Source: Camelus dromedarius (Eukaryota). Taken from it: a stretch of 64,000 nucleotides of DNA. This document shows, piece by piece, positions 51,640 to 64,000 of the stretch. The position numbers and the translations under genes were made by a program. The stretch is from contig NC_087437.1 in the NCBI RefSeq assembly GCF_036321535.1, forward strand, positions 67,458,001 to 67,522,000, written 5' to 3'. The notes beneath the pieces are model-generated. The model worked only from the letters and a program-made list of their open reading frames with translations, searched no databases and was not told where the DNA came from. Positions within the stretch are counted from its first letter, which is position 1. Every line of letters begins with the position of its first letter.

Positions 51640-52060
51640 ATTGCTAGTCATAGATAAGCTGCTATTACAGATAAGCCTCTTCAGTCCCAGAACTCTCCCT
51701 CTGTGCTGCTCCACTAATAACACTGGGAGGGGAGGGAAGAGAGCGAGGGGAAGCAGTGAAAGAGGAACTGGCACTTAGCATCTGCCTCCTCCTGGAAGCA
51801 GCTTGGCAAAAGCTTCTGTAATCCAGTGCTGAGTCAAAACATAAGCACCTTTGAAAAGCTTCCCTGACCCCGTCACCGGATATGCACAGCTGTGGGGATT
51901 CACTCCGGGGACTGTTTTTTTTAGAGTCACTCCAGTAATGGAACCATTCACACACACACACTTTCTTGCATCCTTTTCTGTTTAGTTCTTCTGATTTCTC
52001 CTCTCCCTTAGCCCCACTGGCTTTTCTTTAAGTTTGCCGGTTTCCACAAATGGGAGCCAC
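51640..52060. promoter_or_regulatory. Candidate enhancer (GATA x2, ETS/PU.1-like, NF-E2/AP-1, E-box)
   Basis: Motif cluster in apparently repeat-free DNA (positions given in the findings). Confidence 0.4.
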
Positions 52061-53649
52061 TTAGTTCTGCCGGTGGCATAAGTCGTTTAAAGAGCTGCTT
52101 GCCCTAGGTTATCTGATGGGGTCTTAAAGAATTATATAATACAGTTTTACAGTAGAGAATTGTGTTGTGCTAGGAAGTAAATGAGGTCAAGTTTGCAAAG
52201 TGAAGTGCAGATTTAGACATTACCTTGTGGAACTGAGCTGTAGAGAGTAGTAAATCAGATTATTCAAGCCATGAGTTTCCCCCACCCCCCTTCTTTCTTT
52301 TATCAATTATATTTTGTCTTCAGAGCCTGAATTTATCAGATATTAGCTGTTTCCTGGGACTGGACTGATTTAATATAGTACCTTCTCCAGTTGGGTCCTT
52401 GGCCTTGAACAAGACAACTGGGCACCCTGGAGTTAAGCCACCAAGGGCTTAATTGTTTCAGATATCTCTGCTTGTTTGTAATTTGGATTTTGTTTGCTCC
52501 TAGTCCCATGGGAGTGCTCTATGCTGCTCAGTTAATTGAAAGTGTCTAAAGCTGAATGAGGAGGCAGCATTACAGGTGGCATCGTTGGGATCAATTTGAG
52601 AAGACTATTGAAATTCTCTTGCTTAGTATAATAATTATCTCTGATTGAGGTAGGATTTCAGTCTTGAGACTAATAGGAGAGTCCACAGTTTCCCATTGGC
52701 TTTAGGGAATAGTAATTCCCAAAGCAATTAGCTTTTCCTACAGAGCATTTCTAGAAAATAGTGTGGTTGGTGATGTTAGAAAGTGGAGGAGACATGGTGT
52801 GGGGTGTGGGGGCATTACATGACAGTGGGGGGAATGGAAACATAGGTAGAAAAGAGCTGGAGTGAAAGATAAAAGGACTACAAAAAATATCCCAAGTATC
52901 CCAATATGGAGAAGACCTGAAAGGTATATGTGGGGGAAATTAAAGCACAATTCAGAATTTTTTTAAAAATTAAAATTATAACAATATAAAATAAAATAAC
53001 TAAGGTAAAATAATACTAATATTTGGAAAGAGTAAAAGACATATTAGAACTAGTGTGGATAGAGAAAAGAAAGGGAAAAACTTCAAAAAAAAAAGAAAAA
53101 AGAAAAATGGTGCTTCTTGGAATTGGACTGATTTAATATAGTACCTATTCCAATAGGTAAGACATGGATTGCTTCTTTTATTTATTTTTTTCTCAGTTAC
53201 TCTGTTCAAGTGTATGTGCCTGTCGTGTGTGTGTGTGTTCCCTCTGAGTTCCTATAAAGCATTGAGGCTATATTTCCTATTCTGATATTCTGATTTTTTA
53301 GGGTGATATTTTCTTTTTCCAGCTATAAGTTCCGGACTATGTTCACATTACTGAGCATCTTATAGGTGAAAAATACAGAAAGCCACATAGCCCCAGTTGT
53401 TTAGTTATTGTAATTTAGTGAAGCCACTCGGGTCCACAGCAGTTAAGTGAGTTTTTCTAAGTGGCGAAGAAAAAAAAGACAGCTTTTTGTCCCTATGATG
53501 TGTCAGGAACCCTGCTGGTTACTATTAAATAGCATTGAGAGCCAGGAGCTATTGACAGCTTCCTGTGTGGTAGGCGTTGCACCAAGGGCTGTGCCTGTAC
53601 AAAGTCTTGCCAACTTCACCGTGACTCTATGCTGTAGGTTCCAACATGT

Positions 53650-54920
53650 ACTATTCATGAGTCCCTTTTTAAAAAAATACAAAATTATGAATAGACAAAT
53701 GTGTGTGAAAGTGAATATACATTTTAAAAAATTGACAAGAATTTGCAAAGTTTAAAAAGCTGACAAATACCACGAACATCTCATACACAAGATAGCACAA
53801 AATCTTCATTAATTAACTGCCTCACACACCTCTATAATACTTCCAGTTTTGATAAGATCAATAAATATAAAAATGTAAAATTAATCTGAAATCAAGCAAT
53901 ACACCAAAGCAAATCAAATGCATTTCAAAATTGTGACTATATTATGTACTGGGCCGCATAATGGTGCAATCAGATTACTCTTAAATTGCTTTCATTGGCT
54001 TACTGATCAGCATGGATGGGGGATTTTTGTCACTGGAACACATGTTTCTTCAGGCTTTTTTGTAGCTTTAGTGCCAGTTTTGCTCACTGATTTGTCTGGA
54101 CGTGCCAGACTGCATCAGAGCAAGATGCATCAGATATGCTCAGATACAGCCCAATATCTTGGGATGCATACAACAGGTAGCTTGACATTTTGGTGTCCTG
54201 GCTCTTTTTAGGACAAGTATGTACCCTGTAACCAAAATAGTTCTGATAAGTTCAAATTTGTGCACAGTTCTTCTTTAACAATGTGTGGTATGTTGGTGAT
54301 TGTCTATGCTGCATTATTGAATATATTCCTGACAGGTGATATTGTTTTGACTAGACTCCATGCAAGTTGAATGCACTGCTTATAATTATGCACCACTGAC
54401 AACTGGAAGGAGTTTCCGCAGGCTGCCTCCTGGCTACACACATTTCAGACCTTTTTCTCCCCACTATCCTGATACTTCCAGTGCTGAGAGCTGTAGGGCA
54501 TGTTCATACTATAAACAGGACCCCTGATACCACACCATTTGTGCCACCGCACAGACTGAGTTCATGCAGCCAGAGGTGCAAGTATTCTGGAAGCTGTTCT
54601 TCCACCAGGACTGATTGTGAACCACATAATATATATCCTACTAACCCCTACTAAACCCAAATGAAATGTATTCTCCATTGAAATTCTCCTTTGTAGAAGT
54701 CCCAAAATCCTCATAGTCACTCCAATGCTATCTGTCACAAAGGGAAGTCGAAGTTTAAAGATATATTCTTTAAACTGTCTTACTTTTCCAAATTTTATAT
54801 AAGCTTGTGACCATGTGATTGTATTTTTGGAACCCATCATAGGGACTGGTAAGAGCCCCATGTAAATGAGGGTCCCTGAATCCTAAAGTTGCATTTTTTT
54901 CATGGCAAAACCATCCCTTA
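53650..54920 (-). mobile_element. hAT-Tip100 DNA transposon (Arthur1-like)
   Basis: Left end 'tcccttttt...aatacaaaattatgaata...gaaagtgaatat' and right end 'aaatgagggtccctgaa...ttcatggcaaaaccatccct' resemble Arthur1 termini. Confidence 0.6.
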
Positions 54921-55489
54921 TGTTAAGTGATTTATTTAAATAATTCAGAAACAATTTCAATAGATACGTTATGACTCAATTTTCCAATTAGATTTCAATA
55001 ATTCATATTGTGTTTAACCATCTTTTCTCTTTTCCCCATGAACTGTTACTTTTACTTTTAAAAAGATTTATTCATAAATCTTTTATGAATTATAGTTTTC
55101 ACCTATTATATTATCATTCCACATAAACTCCTAGAAGAGTTTACTATTTATAAAACAAGAGTCACTATAAAATAGAGATTGATAAAAACCTCTCTATCCT
55201 CCAATATACCTAATTCAGTGCTTGGCATAGACAGTAGATACATAGTGAACTGATTAGAAACAAATTAACTAAAAAAACAGAAAATTGCCTATATATCTTT
55301 CCCCATGGCTGTTAATTAAATGGAACTGTCAATATGAGAAAATTAGGTACCAAATAAAACCAGGTGAGATGGTCTAAGTGTTTAAACCTTCACAGTACAA
55401 ATGACAGTGAACCTCATGATGCTATCACAGGGTTTCTCCCATAGGATTGGTTAAAGATAGACCTAATTGCTATTTTGGGGCTTTGTGGT

Positions 55490-55680
55490 AATGGTAATAA
55501 AAACTAATATGTGTTGAATGATTATTTTGTGACTGGCACTGTCCTAAGTACCTTCACAGGCATTAAGTCATTTAGTCATCCAAAGAGCCTTAACAGATAC
55601 ATCCTATTATTATGTCCGTTATAATTCTGAGGCAAATCAGGCTCAGAGGTTATACAGTAGGTTGGAGAGTCCATGCTTTG
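55490..55680 (-). mobile_element. MIR SINE
   Basis: 'ggcactgtcctaagtaccttcaca...tcatttagtcatc...tgaggcaaatcaggctcagaggtt'. Confidence 0.7.
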
Positions 55681-56628
55681 AAACACCAAGCTCCATTTTT
55701 CACAGTAGGAACATTCCATTGTGGAAAATCAAGAAACCAATGGAATCCCCTTTGCTCAGAATCCCTTCTTTTGGTCACGTGGTTGAAGTACTCTCAGTGC
55801 CTCTGAAGCCATCAGATATAAATATAACTCAGTTATCATTCCATAATGTATATCAAATCATCACATTGTACATTTTAAAATATACAATTATATTTGTCAA
55901 TTATTTCTTTCATAATGTTGGGGAAAAGAAATAAGAAGAAATTGAGGAGACTCACTTTGAGATTTTGATTCTTTTATGTTTTTTCCCCTCAGGAAGTGCG
56001 TGTGCCAGTTCACTGTGAAACTCTGTAGGTATGTTATCCCAGAGTTTTTCTAACCCTAAATTTAACTAATTCACTTTCCACCCAAGCAAAACAGTTCTTC
56101 AGAGTGAGCTTGGAATCGCGTGGAAGGTTGTTAAAAATGCCGTTTCCTGGGCCCCGAAGGGATCTATGAATTCAGAATCTCTGAAAGTTTGTACTTTTTG
56201 CAAGTCCTCAAATGATTCTTTAAGGACCCCTGTCTTTAGAGTCACAGTTAAGAAGCCCAGATACAAAACCTGGGCATGGGAGGGAGAGGGCAGAACCGTG
56301 TGGTCAATAAATATTTGTAGAACAGATTAAAAAAAAAGAAGAAGAAATTGAGGTTTATCTTCACTCCCTCTGAATCTCCAATAAAGTCATGGTAAAGGAA
56401 TAAGAAAAGTGGAAACTCATATGAACAGTAAGTACAGAAGAGAAGACAGAAATACATTTCAGACGCTAGGAAATAGATGGTCATAGAAGACGAAAGCACA
56501 AAAACCAGATGATCTGTACTCCAGACCACCAGAAAGCCTTAGGAATGGGGGCACCAAATACCCTGGAAAGTGAGGAAGCAGGTGTGATGAAAACAGAACT
56601 GTGTGGAAATCTAGATAAGTATCAGCTA

Positions 56629-57387
56629 GGTGTCATCCTGAAGTAGGGTTCCTTCTGGATATAAGCCCAGGAGCAGGATTCCTGGGTCGTATGGTAAATT
56701 TATTCCTAGTCTTTTGAGGAATCTCCATACTGTTTTCCACAGTGGCTGTACCAAACTGCATTCCCACCAGCAGTGTAGGAGGGTTCCCTTTTCTCCACAG
56801 CCTCTCCAGCATTTGTTATTTGTGGACTTTTGAATGATGGCCATTCTGACTGGTGTGAGGTGATACCTCATTGTAGTTCTGATTTGCATTTCTCTGATAA
56901 TTAGTGATATTGAGCATTTTTTCATGTGCCTTTTGATCATTTGTATGTCTTCCTTGGAGAACTGCTTGTTTAGGTCTTCTGCCCATTTTTGGATTGGGCT
57001 GTTTATTTTCTTCTTATTGAGTCGTATGAGCTGCTTATATATTCTGGAGATCAAGCCTTTGTCGGTTTCATTTGCAAAAATTTTCTACCATTCCGTAGGT
57101 TGTCTTTGTTTTACTTATGGTTTCCTTTGCTGTGCAGAAGCTTGTAAGTTTCATTAGGTCCCATTTGTTTATTCTTGCTTTTATTTCTTCTAAGAGAAAA
57201 TTTTTGAGATGTATGTCAGGTAATGTTTTGCCTATATTTTCCTCTAGGAGGTTTATTGTATCTTGTCTTATGTTTAAGTCTTTGATCCATTTTGAGTTTA
57301 TTTTTGTGTATGGTGTAAGGGAGTGTTCTAGCTTCATTGCTTTACATGCTGCTGTCCAGTTTTCCCAACACCATTTGCTGAAGAGAC
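56629..57387 (-). pseudogene. L1 ORF2p C-terminal fragment including the CCHC region (not a functional gene)
   Basis: The ORF track shows [10 protein letters not shown]...[18 protein letters not shown] and [14 protein letters not shown]...[19 protein letters not shown], split by a frameshift near 57060. Confidence 0.92.
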
Positions 57388-57651
57388 ATAGAATACAGAC
57401 TTGTGGTTGCCAAGGGTGTGGGGGGTGGGAAGAGATAGACTGGGATTTCAAAGTTGTAGAATAGATAAACAAGATTATACTGTATAGCACAAGGAAATAT
57501 ATACAAGATCTTATGGTAGCTCACAGAGAAAGGAATGTGACAATGAATATATATATGTTCATGTATAATTGAAAAACTGTGCTCTACACTGGAATTTGAC
57601 ACCACATTGTAAAATGATTATAAATCAATAAAAAATGTTAAAAAAAAAAAA
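56629..57651 (+). mobile_element. Young 5'-truncated, 5'-inverted L1 insertion with poly(A) tail and 12-bp TSD
   Basis: 56629-57387 is antisense ORF2 C-terminal sequence and 57384-57651 is sense 3'UTR with AATAAA and poly(A); flanked by aagtatcagcta (56617-56628) and aagaatcagcta (57652-57663). Confidence 0.92.
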
Positions 57652-57729
57652 AAGAATCAGCTAAACAAAGCCTTTGTCTGCCATGTCTGGAACACTGATA
57701 ATTGTAAGTAATAAAGGTCAACTCTTCCA

Positions 57730-58785
57730 ATGAGGTAAACTACAAAAACAAAATGGATAAAATGCAAATTTCGTCTTCTTAGAGGTGTCATTCCTCCCTC
57801 ATCCCATGTGAGCTTAAGTATCTTTCTGCACATTTAAGAGACACTTTGTACCTTTTATTTGTGAATTGTTCCCTTGTCTTTTCCCCATTTTCCATCAGAT
57901 TTTTGGTTTTTCAGTCCCTCAGTTTTTTAGAGTTTCTTATACATTGGGGTTATTATTGTCATATATTATAAAAATTTTCTCCTAGTTTTTCACTTGCCTT
58001 TGATTTTGCTTATGATATTTGATATTTTATCCTTCAAATTTAAAATTTTTTATGTAGTTAAGTTTATCTTTTTTAAAATTGTCTCTGGATTTTGAATCCT
58101 GATTAGGATGTCTTTACCTATGCAGAGGAATTCAGCTATGATTTCTTTTAGTATGTCTGTGGTTTAATTTATTTCATGTAGGCCCCTGGTCTAATTGGAA
58201 TTTATTTTAATGTATGGTGTAAAGTATGATGTAATTTTGTCTTCTTCCAAATAGCTAACCATTTGTTCCAGAACAATTTATTAAATGATCTATTTTTGTC
58301 CCAGTGGTTTGTGAATGCTACCTGTATGACATCCTAATTTTTCATATGTCCTTGGGTCTATTTCTGAGCTTTTTATACTATTTCACTGGTCTATCTGTTT
58401 ATTCATGCATCAGAAACATGTTGTTTTGATTGAACAGATTTTATAGTATTTCTTAAATATCTGATAGGGCAGGTCAACCCTTGTAGCTTTCCTATTTGGT
58501 GTTTTGTATTCTTGCATATTTGTTTTGCCATATGAACTTTATCACCAATGTGGATTTGACACAATAGCTTGATTAGTCCTGTAAATATAAAACAATATAG
58601 ATACAAAAAAAAAGTCCGTGCATAGTACATTAGTATCATCTTCTCTGTGAAAGATACAGAATTCCCACAGGCAACTAATAAGGAACTGATTATTTACAAG
58701 AGTGTGGAAAGTTCGGGAATGGTCTGATATTTTCCTCTGGTTTTTCCTTTGTCTGCCAAATTGCATTTTCCCTACCACTTAAAAA
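57730..58785 (-). mobile_element. Old L1 ORF2 3' region
   Basis: 'ttttaatgtatggtgtaaagtatg', 'atttgttccagaacaatttattaaa', 'tgttttgccatatgaacttta'. Confidence 0.7.
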
Positions 58786-58787
58786 TC

Positions 58788-58818
<31 letters not shown>

Positions 58819-60034
58819 GAAAAGATAATAGCATGTTACTGTTAAGATAAAGATTGTGAAATCTACAAACATAAAAGACACTAACACTTTTTTTCATAGG
58901 AGGTTGGAGCAAAGTGGCAGTTGATTTGACTTACTGTTACTTGTTTGTTATTTATTTCATTATCATCATTTTCCTCTTGTCCTGCCTCTATGTATTGGTT
59001 TTCCAGCAAGCACTTACTTCTGTGAGAAAGATTTAAACTCAAAGACACCATAACTGTGACTAATTTACTTTTGCGAGGAAGATAGTAACTAAGCTCAAAG
59101 TCAGACAGTCAATTGTAATTATCACTATTTGCCTCCTAATTCCTTACCTGCCAGTGTTTGGAAAACATTTAAACCAGTAATTTTGGGGGAATTGTGGCTT
59201 CACTTTTTATACTTCCTCAGACTGCAACTTATATGGAATACCTTCCATTTTACGGAAAATATTTACTTACTCACTTTTGTTTTATGTATGTAAAATAATT
59301 AACATTGTAGCTTCCTTCTGAATTGTACCAACCCAGAGCTGGGAATTCTAAGGAAAGTCAAGTTGAAAATGATAGATAAGATGATTGGAGAAAATAGAAA
59401 GTAAAAATCATTATTTTTCTCCACCTTCATCCTTTTTGACTTCCTTCAGCCTCACATTTTTAGATGTCTCAAACTTATGGGCAGTTGCTGGCCAGTACTG
59501 GGAAGGAAGAGAGCAGGGTTCTTTCAAACTAATCTACTGAGACATGGCTTTTTCATTTTTAAATCACAGAACACCACAAACATTTATTTGTTAAGTTATG
59601 AGATAGGAAAGTGAGGTTTTTTTTTTTTACTAAATTCCAACTCAAAGTATATATTAATGATAAACCAATCCACTGTGATCAATGCTGGAATCTTATTCTG
59701 TATTTTCTAACATGGTTTTAATTTCAGAAAGAAGAGGTTATTAATAATAAACTCCCATGAAACTTTAAGGAGACAAAGGCTATGTATTTGGAACAGACAG
59801 AAAACCTAAAATAACTCTCCAAAATTCCAGTCTCCTTTCATTTTTCTCACAACTTATATATTAAATATTCACACGAGATTTTTTTCTTCACATCTTAAAT
59901 TATGAATGAAAAATAAGAACCAGTGACATTCAGTTCCAAATTCACCTTTATTTCTTACCTTTTAAAAAATGGTATTTTTTTCTCCCTATGTGGGGCCTCT
60001 TCTAACTACTCTTTTATTTAATAATGCAGTTTTT

Positions 60035-63000
60035 ATATAATAGTTTTATTAGGATATTCTTCACAAACTTTAAAATTTACCCTTTTATAATATACAGTTT
60101 GGTTTTAGTATATTCACAGAGTTATGCAATCATCACTCCTGACTAGATGTTCTAAGAAAATGTTTTGGGATATTTTCATCATTCCAAAAAGAAACCCCAT
60201 ATCCATTAACAGTCACTCCCCAATTCTCCTTCTCTCTATTCTGTAGAAACCATTAATTTATTCTCACTGTAAGTTTGCCTGTTCTGTCCTTTTCATATGT
60301 TTGTATACAACATGTGGTCTTTGTAATTCACTTTTTTCATTTAGTATAATGTTTTCAAGGTTCATCTGTGCTGTAGCATGAATCCTTACTTCATTCTTCT
60401 TTATTGCCAAATAATATTTCATTGTATAGAGAAACCATGTTTTGTTCACCCAATAGCCAGTTAATGGACATTTAAGTTGAATACACTTTTTGATTATTAT
60501 AAGTTATAATCTTAACACAAGGTTTTCTTGTGAATGTATGTTTTTATTTCTGTTCACTACATAACTAGGAATATACTTGCTGGGTCATATGGTAACTTAC
60601 ATGGTAACCTTTTGAGGAATTTCCAAATTGTTTTCCAAAGCAGCTGTACCATTTTACTTTCCTACTTGCATTGTAAAGTGTTTAATTTATTCTTACCATC
60701 ACTTGTTATTGTCTGTATTTTTTATTTTAGTTACCGTAGAGTGTGTGATATCTTGCTGTTTTCACTTGGACTTCCCTAAATACTAATGATATTGAGCATC
60801 TTCTCATGTGCTAATTGGCCATTTATATATCTTATTTGGGGGAAATGTTTATTCAGTGCTTGACCCTGTTTGTGACTTGTATTGTCGCCTTATCATTGAC
60901 TTGTAAGAGTTCGCAATATATTTTCTGAATACCAATCACTTAACATTCTGTGTGCTGTCTCTTCTTTTGTTGCTTGTGTTTTTGGTATTTTATCTAAGAA
61001 ACAGTTGTCAACCCAAGGTCACAAAACTTACTATCTTTTTTCCTAAGATCTTAATAGTTTTAGTTCTTACATTTGTGTCTGTTACCTCTTTTGAGTTAAG
61101 TTTTATATATTGTGTATGGTAGGAGTCCAGTACTACTCTTTTGCATGTGCATGTCAGGATGTCCCAGTACCATTTGTAGTGCTGGTTTCCATTTTTTTGT
61201 CTTTGCACCAGTGTTAAAAGAAATTGACTGTAAATGTAAGGGTTTATTCCTGGACTCTGATATTTTTCCCATTCATCTGTATATCTAGGTTTCTGTTAGT
61301 ATGACTGAGTCTTAATTAATTTAGCTTTGTATTAAGGTTTATTATTGAGATATATGAGTCTTTTAACTCTGTTCTTCTTTTCAAAATTGCCTTTAGGTAT
61401 TCTAGATCACTTGCATTTTCATATAAATTTTAGGATCAGTTTGTCAATTTCTGCAAAAAAAAAAAAAGCTCATTGGATGTTGACAGGGACTGCATTGAAT
61501 TTGTACATCAATTTGAGGTGAATTACATCTTCCCATTCATGAATATGGGCTTTCCTTCCATTTATTTAGATTTTTAATTTCATTCAATGAATTTATTCTG
61601 AAGTATTTTATTATGTTTGATGTTCTTGTGAATGGAATTTTTTTTTTTAATTTCATTTTTGGATTGTTCTTTGCTGATGCCAGTGATTTCTGATAGCAGC
61701 TACTCAGAGTTTGGACCAGATTTCTCAGGTTAAGGGCACAGTCCTCTCTAAGACTTCTCTCACTTCAGACACCAGCCACAAGTTCAGTGGTCCCCAGGCT
61801 GCCCTCACTTTTGAGCAGCTAGCTACAAATTGTAGAATTCCTCCTTCCCCCTCAGGTTTGCTAATTTGCTCGAATGACTCATATAACTCTGGGAAGTGCC
61901 ATACTTCTTATTATAACTTTCTTATAATCAAAGGATGCAAATCAGAACCCAACAAGAGACATATAGAGCAAGGACCAGGAGGGTCCCAAATGCAAAGCTT
62001 TGTTGTGCTCTCCTCATGGAGTCAGGACATGTCAACCTCCCAGCACATCCACATGTCACAGTATGTAGAGTAGTGCCAAGTAGGAAAGCTCACCTGAGAT
62101 TGGTGTCCAGAATTTTTTATTGGGCTTTCATTACCTGGGTGTGATTGATTGAACCATTTGCCATGGTTGAAATAAATCACTAATCTCTTCCTGTTTCCTG
62201 AGGTTGGGTTGGTATCAAATGACTCAAAACCTCAACTCTCCAGTTGTATGGTTAGTTCTTTTTGCCATGGCCAGTCCTCATCTTAAGCCATCTTGTTAGC
62301 TAAACTATTTAGGGCCCTGCTGTGTCACTTTAGTAACAAATTATCAGGGACCACATGATAGTCTTCTATCACTGGGGGAAATTTCAAGGATTTACCTCTT
62401 GGACAAAGCCAGCCAAATTCTTTATTACAAAGACTAGTGTATAGAAGGAGAATTGATTTTTGTATATTCATCTTATATTCTCCAACTATATTGAATGTAT
62501 TTATTCACTGTGATAGCTTGGGGGGGGGGTGTTCCTTACGGTTTTCTGTGTGCAATATCGTGCCATCTTTGAAGACAGGTTTGCTACTTTTCTTTCAATC
62601 TGCATATCTTTAATTCATTTTTCTAACCTAATTGGCCTTGTTTGAACCTCCACTGAAGTAGAGTGGTAAAAGTAAAGTGGTAAAAATGGCTATCCTTGCC
62701 TTATTCCTGATCATAGAGGGAAAGTGTTCCTTTTTCACAATCACGTTTGGTTATCAGCAATGGGTTTTTCATATATACTCTTTATCACATTGAGGATGTT
62801 TCCTTATACTCCTAGTTTGTTGAGTGTTTTTAATCATCAAAGGATACTGAATTTTGTGAAATGCTTTTTCTGAATCTATTGATATGATAATGTGATTTTT
62901 TTGTCCTTTATTCTGTTAATGTGGTGTACTACATTGACTGATTTGGGGTTGTTAAGCCAAATTTGCATTCCTAGAATAAATTCTACTTTGTTTTAGTGTA
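60035..63000 (-). mobile_element. Old L1 (L1MB-like) 3' ~2 kb, interrupted by a MER21-like LTR
   Basis: Continuous antisense ORF2/3'UTR text; 'ggattgttctttgct' (~61675) resumes as 'ctagtgtatagaa' (~62434). Confidence 0.85.
61675..62430. mobile_element. MER21-like LTR
   Basis: 'caggttaagggcacagtcc...cacttcagacaccagccacaagttcagtggtccccaggc...ggacaaagccagccaaattctttattac'. Confidence 0.75.
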
Positions 63001-63519
63001 TATTTAAAATTTTTTCTTAATTATAATTTAATCTGTTACAATGCTTGATTAGTTTTTTGTTTGCTTGTTTTACTATTCATTACTTTTGTGCATGCATAAA
63101 AAAGGGAAATAAATTAATTAAAGTATTCCCCAACTTTTTTCACATTTAAACTCTGCCTTATCTGTATCCTTTTGACTCAGAGTCACTGATGTTTGTGTTT
63201 TTCCAAGAAACAAATCCCCACCCAACTAAAGTGCTGGTAATGCTGAATTTCCAAAATGAATACGTAAAAGGAATAGAAGTCATGAGCCCTGGGCTCTTAA
63301 GCTATTTTTGTAATTAGGTATATCTCACTGACTTTTGATCCCTGCTGCTGAAACATTTCTAAACATTTCCGATGATAAACCTCCCCTGACTTCTCTTTAC
63401 AACTATTTGGTTTCTGAGGGTAAAAGAATGCTCCATTATGGTCTACAAAATTTTCTTCTGACACTTATTCTCCAGGTTTGATCGTGATACTTAAAAAACA
63501 ACAACCCCCCCCAAACCAC

Positions 63520-64000
63520 AAAAAACTGTTAACTATCTTTAAGGTATATAGTTATGTACCCAGTAATGTTAACACATTGTTGTCCAACAGATCTCTAGAA
63601 CTTTTTCATCTTGCAAAACTGAACATCTATATCCATTGAACAACAATTCTCCTTTGCTTCCTCCTCCCAGTCCCTGGCAATCACATTTTACTTCCTGTTT
63701 CTAAGAGTTTGACTAATTTAGATACCTCATAAAAGTGAAATCATGTAGTAATTGTTTTCTTGTGACTGGCTTATTTTATTTAGCATACTGTCCTCTATAT
63801 TCATCCATGTTGCAGCATGTAACAGGACAGCATTTCCAGCTTTTTAAAGGCCGGACACTATTCTGTTGTTTGTATATACCATATTTTATTTATCTATTCA
63901 TCTGTTGATGACCATTTGTGTTGGTTCTACCTCTTGGCAATCATGAATATTATTGCAGTGAACGTGGTGAGTAAACATCTCTTTGAGATTCTGTTGTCAA
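63520..64000 (-). mobile_element. L1MA/MB-like 3' end, runs off the window
   Basis: 'cagatctctagaactttttcatcttgcaaaactgaa', 'tttagatacctcataaaagtgaaatcatg', 'gtgactggcttattttatttagcat'. Confidence 0.85.

Noticed and set aside
57068..57490. Novel 140-aa fusion protein
   Set aside because: An artefact of reading across the L1 inversion junction from antisense 3'UTR into ORF2.
1..64000. Short ORFs of 60-148 aa in the supplied track as protein-coding genes
   Set aside because: Many begin at non-ATG codons, lie in repeats or have low-complexity composition. None has a domain I recognise apart from L1 ORF2 fragments, and there is no consistent multi-exon coding structure.
1..64000. CRISPR array, prokaryotic defence or operon-like system
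   Set aside because: No regularly spaced repeat-spacer array and no dense coding. The sequence is mammalian and repeat-rich.

Overview
This is AT-rich, CpG-depleted mammalian genomic DNA dominated by transposable-element fossils: L1, L2, CR1/L3, MIR, MaLR/ERV LTRs, and hAT and Tigger DNA transposons. A tRNA-derived SINE matching camelid Vic-1, together with no recognisable Alu, Bov-tA/BovB or PRE-1 copies, points to a camel/llama/alpaca genome (inference). I cannot support any intact protein-coding gene. The only ORF with recognisable protein homology is a fragment of L1 ORF2, and the other ORFs look spurious. I found no CRISPR array, rRNA, operon-like arrangement or new multi-gene system. 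The most interesting signals are: (1) a small CpG-rich promoter-like segment with NRF1, BANP-like and NF-kB motifs and a splice donor at ~38.6-38.9 kb, plus a candidate micro-exon at ~56.0 kb; (2) several scars that look like template-switch or templated-insertion repair (30.3 kb, 9.3 kb, 3.15 kb); (3) a young 5'-inverted (twin-primed) L1 with a target-site duplication (TSD); (4) a chimeric ERV remnant with two different primer-binding sites (PBS); (5) a few repeat-free, motif-dense enhancer-like blocks. Repeat family names come from my recollection of consensus sequences and need RepeatMasker/Dfam confirmation. Boundaries of old repeats are approximate.
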